A DNA stretch of 64,000 nt from an uncultured Planctomycetia bacterium (GCA_964536865.1 CAZHYN010000001.1:97824-161823), one strand, 5' to 3'. Positions 9,416 through 20,285 are shown, counted from the stretch's first letter. Notes: generated by a model not told the origin, from the letters alone. Made by a program: numbers and translations.

Positions 9416-11752
9416 ATGTTATTGAGCTTATTGCTTAGGGCAATCATTCTTATTTTCATAATTTTTTCTTTAGGCTGTGTTCCTTCCTTAGAGGGTCTTT
9501 ATCATACTTACCAAAAAACAGTTTCTCACTATCAATCTCTTCTAGCTAGAAACCTTGAGGACTCTGAGTTGAGATTAAAGTTCGCTAAGTTTTACTATCG
9601 TTTTAAAGAGTATGATAAGGTAGTTAATCTTTTAGAGAAAGAAGAAAGTTTATTAGCGAGAATTCTTTATGCTAAAGCATTAACTCGGTTACATGATTAT
9701 TCAAAAGCCTTGGAGGTATTTACCCAGATAAAGGAGAAGATTACCTCTCCAGAGGCTCTCTACCTTTATGGATTAGTTTTAGAGAAAAAAAATCTGTATC
9801 CTCAGGCAGTGAAAGTGTATGGAAAAGTAAATCCTCCTTTTCGAGAGCTTGCTCAGAAACATTTAAGAAATATAAGAGCAAAGGTAGAAGGAGAATTACC
9901 TCTTTATGTTAAAAAACTAATTTCTCAATCTCAGCAATTTCTAAGTCAAATCCAAGAAGAGGCAGGGATAATACTCTTAGTAGACGAAAGGATAGAGATT
10001 ACTTCAGCTAATACGTCTCTTACTACTCTTCATGTAATAGAGAAGGTGTTAAAAGAGAGAGGTAAGGAGTTAGCCGAAGTAGAGATTGGCTATGATTCTA
10101 CCTATGAGAGAGTGGAGTTAGAGTTTGCTCGTACAATTACTCCTCAAGGGAAATTAATTTATGTTGGCAAGGAAAATATAAGGGATGTAACAAAGTACTT
10201 AAATTATCCTCTCTATAGTAACGCCAGAGCTTTCATTATTTCTCTCCCAGGAGTAGAGGTGAGTTCACTCATTGAGTACAAAGTTAATATTTACTCTTCT
10301 AAGCTTATAAATGGAGACGATTTTTCTTTTTTCTATCGTCTTAAAGAAAGATACCCTATCTACAAGGCTAATTTTAGACTAATTCTACCTAAATATAGGG
10401 AAGCAAAATTTAAGGTTTTAAATAAAGAGTATGCTAAGGATATAGTCTTAGAGCCTCGGGTTAGAGAAGATAGAAATCATAAGATCTACTGGTGGCATTT
10501 TGATAAAATTTTCCCTATTATTCCTGAAAGAAAGATGCCTCCCTTTTCTTTAGTTAATCCTACTATTCTAATTTCTTCTTTCCAAGGGTGGGAGGAGATC
10601 TATAATTGGTGGTACTCTCTATATAAAGATAAATTAACTCTCTCTAAAGAGATGAAAAAGCTGGTGGAAACCCTTATAAAAGGGGCCAGCAGTAGTTATG
10701 AGAAAGCAAGGAGAGTTTATGAATATGTAGCAAAAAATATTCGCTATGTTGCTGTAGAGTATGGAGAGAGTGGGTATGAACCTCACCAAGCACAAGAAGT
10801 TTTTTTGAATCGTTATGGGGATTGTAAAGATCAAGCAATTCTTTTAGTAGCTCTCCTTAAAGAGGCAGGGTTAGAGAGTTTTCCTGTACTTATTCCTACC
10901 CAGGAAGCATACTCTCTCCAGAAGGATTTCCCTTCTCTAGTTTTTAACCATGCTATTTGTGCAGTAAATATAGGAGGAGAATTAATTTTTATGGACCCCA
11001 CAAGTCAAACTACTGCCTTTGGCGATCTGCCTCTCTCTGATCAGAATAGAGAGGTTTTACTTTTTTCTTCCCAAGGATTTAGAATTGTGAAGACCCCTCT
11101 TCTTAAAAATACACGTATCCTTTATTATATGGAGATCACTATAGATGAAAAAGAGAATGCGTTTATAAAGAGAGAGGTAACTACCAGAGGTTGTTATGCA
11201 TCTTCCCAAAGATATTATCTTAAATACACTCATCCCCAGAGAATAAGAGAAGATATAAGAAAAAGAATAACAGAGATTTCTCCTTTTGCCAAGTTATCGA
11301 ATTATCATATAGAGAATGTAGAAGATTTAAGTAAATTCCCTAAGCTAACTTATACATTCACAGCAGAGAAGTTTCTTAAACCTGCTAAGAATTTAAGGAT
11401 TATCCCTTCTCTTAATGAGATAGATTTAAGTTATTCCCTCATAGCTAAGGAGAAGAGAAATTTTCCTATAGATTTTAGAGGGGTATTTATTCGTCAGGCT
11501 AAGATAGTAGTAGAACTACCTCCCAATTTGGAGGTAAAGTATTTACCCAAAAGTACCAGCTTGACTACTGATTGGTTTGGCTTTCAACTCAATTATACTT
11601 ACCACCCCCAGGAACATAAGCTTGAGTTCTTTCAAAAATTTATTTTGAAGAAAAGAATTGTAAAATTAGAAGATTATTCTTTGTTTAGAGAGAAGTTAAA
11701 GAATGTATTTTATGTCTTAAAGGGAGAAGTAATTTTAGAAAAGAGAGGTTAG
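9416..11752 (+). CDS. transglutaminase-like lipoprotein (DUF3857/DUF3858 + transglutaminase core)
   Basis: Lipobox-like N-terminus (IFSLGCVPS). Transglutaminase core motif YGDCKDQAILLVALLKEAG. Confidence 0.7.
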   Translation: MLLSLLLRAIILIFIIFSLGCVPSLEGLYHTYQKTVSHYQSLLARNLEDSELRLKFAKFYYRFKEYDKVVNLLEKEESLLARILYAKALTRLHDYSKALEVFTQIKEKITSPEALYLYGLVLEKKNLYPQAVKVYGKVNPPFRELAQKHLRNIRAKVEGELPLYVKKLISQSQQFLSQIQEEAGIILLVDERIEITSANTSLTTLHVIEKVLKERGKELAEVEIGYDSTYERVELEFARTITPQGKLIYVGKENIRDVTKYLNYPLYSNARAFIISLPGVEVSSLIEYKVNIYSSKLINGDDFSFFYRLKERYPIYKANFRLILPKYREAKFKVLNKEYAKDIVLEPRVREDRNHKIYWWHFDKIFPIIPERKMPPFSLVNPTILISSFQGWEEIYNWWYSLYKDKLTLSKEMKKLVETLIKGASSSYEKARRVYEYVAKNIRYVAVEYGESGYEPHQAQEVFLNRYGDCKDQAILLVALLKEAGLESFPVLIPTQEAYSLQKDFPSLVFNHAICAVNIGGELIFMDPTSQTTAFGDLPLSDQNREVLLFSSQGFRIVKTPLLKNTRILYYMEITIDEKENAFIKREVTTRGCYASSQRYYLKYTHPQRIREDIRKRITEISPFAKLSNYHIENVEDLSKFPKLTYTFTAEKFLKPAKNLRIIPSLNEIDLSYSLIAKEKRNFPIDFRGVFIRQAKIVVELPPNLEVKYLPKSTSLTTDWFGFQLNYTYHPQEHKLEFFQKFILKKRIVKLEDYSLFREKLKNVFYVLKGEVILEKRG

Positions 11753-11755
11753 AGT

Positions 11756-12130
11756 GTGAAAAAGAGAAGTAGAAGAAAAGATTTTGAGATCACTTTCTAT
11801 GAGAAGCTCCTCCAGCATAGGCCAAACTTTGTCCAGGCACTCAGCTGTTTAGGAGATGCTTACACACGTAAGGGTTTTTATAAGGAAGGTTTAGAGATCG
11901 ATAGGAAATTAGTAAAATTAAAGCCTGAAGATCCTGTAGTACATTATAACCTAGCTTGTAGCCTTTCTCTTTTAGGAAGGTTGGATGAGGCTTTAGAAGA
12001 GTTAAAGAAGGCAGTTCTTTTGGGGTACGACGATTTCACTTATATCTTAAAAGATCCAGATTTAGAACCTTTGAGAAGTTACTTGCCATTTAAAAATTTT
12101 TTTCAGAAGCTGAAGAGAATAAAATCTTGA
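11756..12130 (+). CDS. TPR-repeat protein
   Basis: 124 aa with TPR-like helices (ALSCLGDAYTRKGFYKEGLEI, HYNLACSLSLLGRLDEALEEL). Confidence 0.55.
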   Translation: MKKRSRRKDFEITFYEKLLQHRPNFVQALSCLGDAYTRKGFYKEGLEIDRKLVKLKPEDPVVHYNLACSLSLLGRLDEALEELKKAVLLGYDDFTYILKDPDLEPLRSYLPFKNFFQKLKRIKS

Positions 12131-13230
12131 ATAGAGAGAAAGAAAAGGTAAAGGTTTATCATCTTCTTAAGAACATCTTATTTTTTACTAAACTTACCGG
12201 TGTATTAGTTCTACTTTTCCTTTTATTCAGGAGTGGCTTTCCTTGGAGAATTGAGAATGAGATAGATAATTTAAATTATTATCTAAAAGCATTCATATAT
12301 CTGAGTATACTTTTTGTTATTTTCTCTTCGATAAATCTTCTCTTTGATTGGATGGAAGGTTACTTAGTAGAGAAGAGGTTTAATCTTTCTTCTCAGACCC
12401 TTGGTGGATGGTTTAAAGATTTTCTAAAAACTACTATGGTAGAATTTTTAATATTCTTGATTCTGGGAGAAATCTTCTACTTTTTTCTGAGGATAACAAG
12501 ACTGTGGTGGCTACCGGTATGGATAGTATGGTTTTTCCTTACTTTTGTACTAGCAAAGATTTTTCCTTATTTAATTTTACCTCTCTTCTTTAAGTTAAGA
12601 AAAATAGAGGAGCCTTCCCTTAAAGAAACAATCAATAACTTGGCACATGCTTTTGGAATAAAGATAAAAGACATCTGGGAAGTTGATTTTTCTAGGAAGA
12701 CTAAAAAAGCTAATGCCTTTGTTACGGGATTGGGTAATTCAAAACGTGTGGTTTTAGCAGATAATCTCTTAGCTAGATATACTCCCCAAGAGATAGAAGT
12801 TGTGTGTGCCCATGAGTTTGCTCATATAAAGAACAGAGATACATTAAAGTCTATATTTCTTGTAGGAGGTAGCTTACTCTTTATGTTCTTGTTTTTAAAC
12901 TTAATCATCAGGAGAGTTGCTGATTCCATAGATATAGAGCTTTGTCATCCTAGACTTTTACCTTTAATTCTGCTTTTTATAATTATTCTTAATTTCATTT
13001 TTACTCCAGTAAGGAATTTTTTCTTAAGAAGGATAGAGGAGAAAGCGGATGAGAGTGCTTTATTGTCTATTCAATCTAGGGATAGTTTTATAAGTTGTAT
13101 GGAGAAGTTAGCTAGAGATAATTTGAGCGAAAGGGATCCACCCAAATGGCGAAAATTTCTCTTTTATACGCATCCTCCTATCAATGAGAGAATAAAGAAA
13201 GCAGAAAACTATGAAGAAAGAAGAGTTTGA
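12127..13230 (+). CDS. M48 family zinc metallopeptidase (Ste24/HtpX-like), membrane
   Basis: Multiple TM helices and HExxH motif (VCAHEFAHIKNRD). Confidence 0.6.
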   Translation: MNREKEKVKVYHLLKNILFFTKLTGVLVLLFLLFRSGFPWRIENEIDNLNYYLKAFIYLSILFVIFSSINLLFDWMEGYLVEKRFNLSSQTLGGWFKDFLKTTMVEFLIFLILGEIFYFFLRITRLWWLPVWIVWFFLTFVLAKIFPYLILPLFFKLRKIEEPSLKETINNLAHAFGIKIKDIWEVDFSRKTKKANAFVTGLGNSKRVVLADNLLARYTPQEIEVVCAHEFAHIKNRDTLKSIFLVGGSLLFMFLFLNLIIRRVADSIDIELCHPRLLPLILLFIIILNFIFTPVRNFFLRRIEEKADESALLSIQSRDSFISCMEKLARDNLSERDPPKWRKFLFYTHPPINERIKKAENYEERRV

Positions 13231-15235
13231 GAAAAGGCGGTATGTTAGAATCTCTACTGTATTTCCTGTAGAGTTCTACGTACTTGATAAAGATGGTAAG
13301 AAGATTACTCCTTACCTTCAGGGGTTTACTAACAACATTGGTAAGGGAGGATTATGTGTGGCAGTAAATGACTTATGGTGGGGATTCTGGGATAGATTTA
13401 CTGAAGAAAGTATTCTTTACTTAGTTATAGAAGTTCCTTTCCGAAAGAATCCAATTTTAGCTAAGGGGAGGATAGTTTGGAGGAAGAGAGAAAAGCTGGA
13501 AAGGTTCACTCGCTGTAGTTTAGGGATAGAATTTACAGAAATTAGTCCTTCCTTAAAGAGAACCCTTTTTAGATACGCAATTAGTAAAAAGATTTTCCCT
13601 TACCTAGTATCTTCAATGATAGCTTTTCTTATTCTTTTTTCTTTCCTCATCTGGATAAGAGAAGAAAAGTTGCTCCAAAAAAATAGAAGTTTGGTAGTTA
13701 AGTATCACTCTCTCTTGGAGGAGTCAGCTAAGCTAAGAAGTCAGTTAACTGAAGAAACTAAACTTTTAACATTTGTGAAAAATAGGAAGAGTAAATTAGA
13801 AGAAGAATTATCATTTCTTAAGGAGGAACTCTCATTTTGGCAGACTAGATACAACCAACTTCTTAAACAAGAGATGGAGGTAAGAGAGAAGGAGAGGGCA
13901 ACTAAAGCTCTTCAGGATAAGATGAGGGAGCTTAAAGCCCAGATAGAAAGTTTAGAAAAAGAAAATCGGTTTTTAAAAGAAAAGTTTAAAAAAGAGGAAG
14001 ATATAAAAAGTAGACTTTCTCAAGAAGTTAATATATTGGAAGAAGAAAAAATTGATTATGTAAAAAGGATAGTAAGGGGAATGTATGAGTGGATAACTAC
14101 TCGTCAAGATTTAAATAGTGGACTAGTTTTAAGCTATGAAGGAGATAGAGAGTTGAATAGAGTAGCTTTTACCTATGACCAAGCTTTAGCCGCGATAGTG
14201 TTTATTCTCTTTAAAGATAATTCTAAAGCGAGAAAAGTCTTAGATTTTTATCTTAACCAAATAGAGAATAAAAAGCCTATTTACAATGGTTACTATACTA
14301 ATGGAGGGATCTTTGAGTATGTCGTCTCTTCCGGACCAAACGCCTGGATAGGTTTGGCTAGTTTAAATTATGTGAAGTTCACAAATGAGAGGAGGTATTT
14401 AAAGATAGCTAAAGCAGTAGCGGACTTCCTTCTAAAAATGATGGATAAAGAAGGAGGAATAAGAGGAGGGCCTAATTTTTACTGGTATTCTACCGAACAT
14501 AATCTGGACTGTTATGCCTTCTTTAAAATGATGGGAGAGTTAACTAATAACTCTTATTATTTGGATGTTTCTCAAAAGATAAAGAGGTGGATAGATACCT
14601 ATGCTTATACTGATAAAGGTATTCCTGTAAATAGAGGGAAGGGGGATGCTACTATTGCTACCGATACCTACGCCTGGTCAATCACTGCTTTAGGACCACA
14701 AGAATTGATTTCTTTAAAGATGGATCCCGAAGTTATTTTAGATTTTGCTGTAAAAAATTGCCACGTTACTACTCACTTTAAAGTAAAGAATAGAGAAATC
14801 TCTGTAACAGGATTCGATTTTGCTAAAGCTAAAAATCTAGCTCGTGGAGGGGTAATCTCTTGTGAATGGACAGCTCAGATGATTTTAGCTTTTGAAATTT
14901 TAAGCAATTATTATCAAGAGAAGAATCCAGATAAAGCTAACTATTACTGGGAGAGAGCAAATTACTATTTTGAGGAACTTCAGAAAATGGTAATTAGCTC
15001 CCCGTCTCCTTTAGGAAAAGCTAATCCTACTCTCCCTTACGCTTCTGCTAGCTTCGTAGATACCGGTCACGGTTGGCGTACTCCCAAGGGAGATAAAGTA
15101 GGATCTTTAGCCTCTACCGCTTATTTTCTGATTTCTTACTTAGGGTATAACCCTCTTGGCGGGGAATTTCTTTCTAGCTCCCTAAAAAGAGCTTATGAAC
15201 AAAGAACTTATAAAGCTTACACAAAGGCTAATTAG
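13211..15235 (+). CDS. PilZ-domain protein with TM helix, coiled coil and C-terminal six-hairpin glycosidase-like domain
   Basis: N-terminal PilZ signature RRYVRIS...DGKK...GFTNNIGKGGLCV. Hydrophobic segment, long heptad-rich region, C-terminal region resembling (alpha/alpha)6 glycosidases. Confidence 0.45.
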   Translation: MKKEEFEKRRYVRISTVFPVEFYVLDKDGKKITPYLQGFTNNIGKGGLCVAVNDLWWGFWDRFTEESILYLVIEVPFRKNPILAKGRIVWRKREKLERFTRCSLGIEFTEISPSLKRTLFRYAISKKIFPYLVSSMIAFLILFSFLIWIREEKLLQKNRSLVVKYHSLLEESAKLRSQLTEETKLLTFVKNRKSKLEEELSFLKEELSFWQTRYNQLLKQEMEVREKERATKALQDKMRELKAQIESLEKENRFLKEKFKKEEDIKSRLSQEVNILEEEKIDYVKRIVRGMYEWITTRQDLNSGLVLSYEGDRELNRVAFTYDQALAAIVFILFKDNSKARKVLDFYLNQIENKKPIYNGYYTNGGIFEYVVSSGPNAWIGLASLNYVKFTNERRYLKIAKAVADFLLKMMDKEGGIRGGPNFYWYSTEHNLDCYAFFKMMGELTNNSYYLDVSQKIKRWIDTYAYTDKGIPVNRGKGDATIATDTYAWSITALGPQELISLKMDPEVILDFAVKNCHVTTHFKVKNREISVTGFDFAKAKNLARGGVISCEWTAQMILAFEILSNYYQEKNPDKANYYWERANYYFEELQKMVISSPSPLGKANPTLPYASASFVDTGHGWRTPKGDKVGSLASTAYFLISYLGYNPLGGEFLSSSLKRAYEQRTYKAYTKAN

Positions 15236-16325
15236 AATAGATTCATCTAACCCTCCTGGTAAAGAGAAAGAGATAGCTCTCTTCATAAAAAGATACATTA
15301 ATGATTTAAAGTTTACATCCAAGTTGTATGAGTTTGAAAGAAACAGACCTAACCTGGTGTGTAAGATTCCCTCTCTCAGATCCAAGAAAAAACTCCTTAT
15401 TACTCCTCATATAGATACCGTTCCTCCTTCGGGGAAATGGCGTTTTTCTCCTTTCTCGGGAAAAATTTATCGAGGAAGGATATATGGGAGAGGAGCCAGT
15501 GACGATAAAGGAAACGTAGCTGTGGCTCTCTACCTTATCAAGTTACTGAGAGAAAAAAAGATAAGATTGAAGAACTTAGATTTGATTATAGCTTTTACTG
15601 CTGACGAAGAAACGGGTAGTAAAGTGGGGATAAAGCCTCTTCTTAATTACTTAGGAAAGATAGATTATGGATTAGTTTTGGATAGTGATGATTTCGAAAT
15701 TGTAATTGCCCAAAAGGGATTGCTTCACTTACGTGTAGAGATTTTTGGTAAAGAAGCTCATGGGGCATACCCTGAAAGGGGAATAAATGCTATAGAGAAG
15801 TCTGTGTATATTCTAAATGAACTTCTTCAAGAAGATTGGGAAAATAAAGTTCATCCTCTCTTAAAAAGACCTACTATAAATATTGGAAGGATTTCCGGAG
15901 GAGAAAAAGTAAATGTTGTAGCAGGTTTTAACTTTTTTGAGCTGGATATAAGGTATATACCTTCGATGAATAAGAAAAACATAGAAAAAAAGCTTAGAAA
16001 AATTATAGAGAAATATATCAGGAAATACAGAATAAAAATTTTAGCTCACCAGGAGCCTTTGGAGATAGCGAAGAATCACTTTCTTATAAAGCTGATGAGA
16101 AAAGTATTAAAGAGACACAAAATTAAAGTCTCCTATAAAGCAAGTTTAGGAGCGACGGTAATCAATTTTTTAAGCGAGAGAGGCATAGAAGGTTTCTGTT
16201 TTGGTTTTGGTTCAAAAGGATGTGCCCATTCCGCTAACGAGTATGTGAAGATAAAGAACCTTTATGGAGGAGTAGAAGTACTCAAAGATTATGTTTTATC
16301 CTTAGATGATTATGCTGGAAGATAA
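15195..16325 (+). CDS. M20 family peptidase (ArgE/DapE-like)
   Basis: Motifs ITPHIDTVP, GRGASDDKG, FTADEETGS typical of M20 metal-binding residues. Confidence 0.7.
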   Translation: MNKELIKLTQRLIRIDSSNPPGKEKEIALFIKRYINDLKFTSKLYEFERNRPNLVCKIPSLRSKKKLLITPHIDTVPPSGKWRFSPFSGKIYRGRIYGRGASDDKGNVAVALYLIKLLREKKIRLKNLDLIIAFTADEETGSKVGIKPLLNYLGKIDYGLVLDSDDFEIVIAQKGLLHLRVEIFGKEAHGAYPERGINAIEKSVYILNELLQEDWENKVHPLLKRPTINIGRISGGEKVNVVAGFNFFELDIRYIPSMNKKNIEKKLRKIIEKYIRKYRIKILAHQEPLEIAKNHFLIKLMRKVLKRHKIKVSYKASLGATVINFLSERGIEGFCFGFGSKGCAHSANEYVKIKNLYGGVEVLKDYVLSLDDYAGR

Positions 16326-16938
16326 AAGATTGTTTGATTCTATCCAAGAGGATTTAAGGAAGTATATTGATTTAAGAGATAGATTAAAAAAGATAGAGAC
16401 TATAGGGGGAGCTGATATCTCCTTCCGGGGAAAAGAAGCTCAGGTGTGCATCTGTGTTTTAGATTTTAAAAGTTTAAGACTTATAGAGAAAAAAATTTAC
16501 CGGGTTTATGTTAAATTCCCTTACATACCAGGTTATCTCTCCTTCAGAGAAGGGCCAGCGATCCTGGAAGGAATTTTTAACCTTAATACTCCTTACGATT
16601 GTTTTATCTTTGATGGCAATGGTATCCTTCATCCTAAGAACTTAGGCTTAGCTACATTCCTGGGTATAATTTTAAGAAAACCTACAATAGGTTGTGCTAA
16701 GAGCCTTCTCTTAGGAAGATACAAAAGTCCCGGGAAAACAAAAGGAAATTTTTCTTACATAAAGTATAAAAAGAGAATATTAGGAGCTGCAGTAAGAACA
16801 AGATCTCAAGTTAAGGAAGTGTATGTCTCTTGTGGATGGGGGATAAGTTTAAAAAGAGCTATAGAGGTCGTTCTTGCTACTTCTAAGTATAGGATTCCCG
16901 AACCATCGAGGTTAGCTCATATCTACTCCAAATTTTAA
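16306..16938 (+). CDS. nfi: endonuclease V (deoxyinosine 3' endonuclease)
   Basis: 210 aa with GADISF, YIPGYLSFREGP and FDGNGILHP motifs characteristic of Nfi. Confidence 0.75.
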   Translation: MIMLEDKRLFDSIQEDLRKYIDLRDRLKKIETIGGADISFRGKEAQVCICVLDFKSLRLIEKKIYRVYVKFPYIPGYLSFREGPAILEGIFNLNTPYDCFIFDGNGILHPKNLGLATFLGIILRKPTIGCAKSLLLGRYKSPGKTKGNFSYIKYKKRILGAAVRTRSQVKEVYVSCGWGISLKRAIEVVLATSKYRIPEPSRLAHIYSKF

Positions 16939-16958
16939 AAATCCTCTCTTTCTGAAAG

Positions 16959-17660
16959 ATGACAAGAATTGGATGTTGCGGCTTCCCTAAAAGGAGAACA
17001 GTCTACTTTGGAAATTTTAACTGCGTGGAGCTCCAAAACACCTTTTATCAACCTCCTCAGAAGCTGGAGACTTTCTATAAGTTAAGAGAGGAGGCTCCTC
17101 CTGCCTTTGAGTTTACAGTGAAAGCCTGGCAGATAATCACTCATCCGAAAACTTCTCCTACCTATCGAAGACTTAAAAAAGATATAGGGAACCCTCACAA
17201 CTATGGATTCTTTAAACCAACAAAGGAGGTATTTGCTGCTTTTAGAAGAATTTATGAAGTTGCTAATTCTTTGAAAGCAAAGATAATTCTGTTTCAGACG
17301 CCACCTAATTTTAAGGAGAATAAGGAAAATATAGATAATATGTATAAATTTTTTAGTAGGATAGAAAAAGGTAATTTAACTTTTTGCTGGGAGGAAAGGA
17401 GTAGTTTTAAAGACACCACTATCAGAAGAATCTGTAAGGATTTGAATTTAATTCATGTTGTAGATCCGTTTAAAAAAGAGCCAGTTTGGGGTGATTTTTT
17501 ATATTTCAGACTCCACGGCAAAGGAGGATATAGATATAAGTATACTAAGAAGGATTTAAAATATCTGAAGAGATTGGTTGAGAGAAGCTCTGGGTACGTT
17601 TTCTTTAACAATATTTATATGTGGGAGGATGCTTTAAGTTTTAAAAAAATGATTTCTTAA
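16959..17660 (+). CDS. DUF72 (UPF0759) family protein
   Basis: N-terminal RIGCCGFP and TIM-barrel-like length typical of DUF72. Confidence 0.55.
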   Translation: MTRIGCCGFPKRRTVYFGNFNCVELQNTFYQPPQKLETFYKLREEAPPAFEFTVKAWQIITHPKTSPTYRRLKKDIGNPHNYGFFKPTKEVFAAFRRIYEVANSLKAKIILFQTPPNFKENKENIDNMYKFFSRIEKGNLTFCWEERSSFKDTTIRRICKDLNLIHVVDPFKKEPVWGDFLYFRLHGKGGYRYKYTKKDLKYLKRLVERSSGYVFFNNIYMWEDALSFKKMIS

Positions 17661-18079
17661 TGGTAAGAGAAGTTTACTCATTAGGTACAAGCAACCGCAC
17701 CCAAGAGGCTTTTTTAAGGATAATTAAAAAATTCCATATCCAAAGAGTAGTGGATGTAAGAAGATTTCCTACCTCTAGATTTATCCATTTTAAGGCTCCT
17801 AACCTGAAGAAGATACTTAATCAAGAAAATATAGAGTACGTATATATGGGAGATATTTTAGGGGGTTATAGAAAAGAGGGATACAGAAATTACCTCCATA
17901 CAGAAGCCTTCCTTTTAGGACTAAGAAAATTAGAGAAGTTAGCTTTAGAGAAAAGAACTTGTATCTTATGTTGTGAACGTTTTTACTTCCGGTGTCATAG
18001 ACGTTTCATAACTAAGGCTTTAAGGAGAAATTTTAAGATTATTCACATAATTGAGGAAGATAAAGTTAAACAGGAATAG
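17660..18079 (+). CDS. DUF488 family protein
   Basis: 139 aa with VYSLGTSNRT...VVDVRRFP...ILCCER pattern. Confidence 0.55.
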   Translation: MVREVYSLGTSNRTQEAFLRIIKKFHIQRVVDVRRFPTSRFIHFKAPNLKKILNQENIEYVYMGDILGGYRKEGYRNYLHTEAFLLGLRKLEKLALEKRTCILCCERFYFRCHRRFITKALRRNFKIIHIIEEDKVKQE

Positions 18080-19171
18080 ATGGGAACTTGCAGGATATGT
18101 AAAAAGAAAGCTTCCGATGTTTCTTCTCTTTTAGGGGTATGTGGAAGATGTATTAGAGAGAATTTTAGTAAGGTAAAAGACCTCTTAGAGGAAATTCATA
18201 CAGAAATAAAAAAAGAGGAAGGGATTTCTCCTGAGGGAGGAAAAGAGAGTGGATTAGGGTGCAAGTTATGTATCAATAATTGTTACTTACAGGAAGGAGA
18301 AATCAGCTTTTGTGGATTAAGGAAAGTGGAGAAAAATAAATTAGTTGGACCAAATAGAAATTTTGCTAGCCTGGAGTTTTACTTCGATCCTCTCCCCACA
18401 AACTGTGTGGCTAGCTTCTGTTGCGGTGCTACAGGATGCGGATATCCTCAATTTTCCTACACCTTAGGGGATGAGTTAGGTTATAAGAACTTAGCTGTAT
18501 TCCTCAACGGTTGCTCGTTTAACTGTCTCTTTTGCCAAAATTATCACTATCGCAAGAGACCGTATCAATTCAATAATTTAGTGAGTGTAAATGACCTTTT
18601 GAATGTTATTGATTCAAAGACTTCATGTGTGTGTTTTTTTGGTGGTGATCCTTCCTGTCAGATAGAGTTTACTATAGAATTTTCTCGTCGAGCTATAGAA
18701 GCTAGAAAAAATAGGATTTTAAGATTCTGTTGGGAGACAAATGGAAGTTTTAATCCCAAGTTCAATGAGGAAATTTTAAGTATCCTTCTTGAAAGTGGGG
18801 GAACAATAAAATTTGATTTAAAATTCTTCTCTCCAGAGTTAAATTTAGCTCTATGTGGTAAGAGTAACAAGCAAAGTTATGATAATTTCTCTTTTTTTGC
18901 CAGAAACTTTTATAGGAGAAAGAACCCTCCTTTAGTATGTGTATCTACACCTATAGTAAGTGGGTATACCGATGAGGATGAGGTAGAGAAAATTGCTCAG
19001 TTTATTTCTCAGTTTGACAGGCGTATTCCTTACTCCCTTCTAGGTTTCTGGCCTTGTTTCTATCTTAAAGATTTACCTCCCACATCAAAAGAATTGATGT
19101 ATAGATGCTATGGTAAGGCAAAAAAATTTCTGGATAATGTAAACATAGGTAATAAGCATCTTCTAACTTAG
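18080..19171 (+). CDS. radical SAM activating-enzyme-like protein (AmmeMemoRadiSam/PFL-AE-like)
   Basis: CxxxCxxC cluster (CSFNCLFCQNYHY), N-terminal Cys-rich region and glycine-rich FFGGDP SAM motif. Confidence 0.6.
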   Translation: MGTCRICKKKASDVSSLLGVCGRCIRENFSKVKDLLEEIHTEIKKEEGISPEGGKESGLGCKLCINNCYLQEGEISFCGLRKVEKNKLVGPNRNFASLEFYFDPLPTNCVASFCCGATGCGYPQFSYTLGDELGYKNLAVFLNGCSFNCLFCQNYHYRKRPYQFNNLVSVNDLLNVIDSKTSCVCFFGGDPSCQIEFTIEFSRRAIEARKNRILRFCWETNGSFNPKFNEEILSILLESGGTIKFDLKFFSPELNLALCGKSNKQSYDNFSFFARNFYRRKNPPLVCVSTPIVSGYTDEDEVEKIAQFISQFDRRIPYSLLGFWPCFYLKDLPPTSKELMYRCYGKAKKFLDNVNIGNKHLLT

Positions 19172-19209
19172 GTTTAAATGTGATAAAATACCTCCTCATT
19201 TAGAAGAAG

Positions 19210-20136
19210 ATGCATGATATTTTAAAAAGGACAGACTTTAAATCAGGATTTGTAACAATATTGGGTAGACCTAATGTAGGCAAATCCACCCTCTTAAATA
19301 CTCTCTTGGGAGGTAAGGTAAGTATTGTATCTGGTGTTCCTCAAACTACCCGTCATCAGATTCGAGGGGTTTTAAACTTAGAGAATGCTCAGATTATTTT
19401 CGTTGATACCCCAGGTATTCACTCCTTTAAAGAAGAGTTAGCAACACATCTTAATGTAGTAGCAAAGAGGAGTATTCAAGAAGTAGAACTTCTCCTTTAC
19501 GTAGTTGATGTATCTCGTTCTGTTGGTAAGGAGGAAGAGGCAATTATGAATTTTCTTTCTTCCCAGGATACTCAGATGATTATGGCTTTAAATAAGATAG
19601 ATATTAGTAAAGATTTTTTAAATCAGTATATAGATAGATGGCAGAAGTTAATAAAAGCCAGAGGTAAAGAAAACCTTTTGAAATATTATATTCCAATATC
19701 TGCTAAGAAAGGTACGAATCTGGATAGATTGAAAGAAGCCATCGTAGAGTTGCTCCCTTTTCATCCTCCTTTCTATGATAGAGAAACATTAACTGATTTC
19801 CCTTTTAAACTTAGAGTTCAGGATATCATTAGAGAGAAGTTGTTTTTAAATTTAAAGGAGGAGCTTCCTCATTCTGTGGCAGTAGAGGTTAAGGAAGTGG
19901 AGAGAAAAGAGAATATCGTCTACATAAAAGCGAATATTTATGTAAACAGAGATTCTCAAAAGAAAATCATTATTGGTAGAGAAGGAAGATTTATAAGAGA
20001 GGTGGGAAAACTTGCCAGGGAAGAACTGGAGGTTCTTTTTGGTAAGAAAGTTTATTTAGAGTTAGAGGTGAAAGTGCTAAAGGATTGGCAAGAGAACCCT
20101 AGAGTGCTGAAAGAGTTAGGGTATTGGTGGGTATAA
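19210..20136 (+). CDS. era: GTPase Era
   Basis: G1 GRPNVGKST, G3 DTPG, G4 NKID and C-terminal KH domain (VYLELEVKV). Confidence 0.85.
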   Translation: MHDILKRTDFKSGFVTILGRPNVGKSTLLNTLLGGKVSIVSGVPQTTRHQIRGVLNLENAQIIFVDTPGIHSFKEELATHLNVVAKRSIQEVELLLYVVDVSRSVGKEEEAIMNFLSSQDTQMIMALNKIDISKDFLNQYIDRWQKLIKARGKENLLKYYIPISAKKGTNLDRLKEAIVELLPFHPPFYDRETLTDFPFKLRVQDIIREKLFLNLKEELPHSVAVEVKEVERKENIVYIKANIYVNRDSQKKIIIGREGRFIREVGKLAREELEVLFGKKVYLELEVKVLKDWQENPRVLKELGYWWV

Positions 20137-20285
20137 AAAAGAGGTTAAATCTCAAACGTCTCCTCTCAAATAGTAGAAACAATTTTAGAGGCTGGATTAG
20201 TTGCTGTAATAGCAGTAGGTAAACCATTAGCTTATCCTGAATTTAGAGAGAATAGAGGGAGGCTTTTAAAGAAACTGATAATTCT

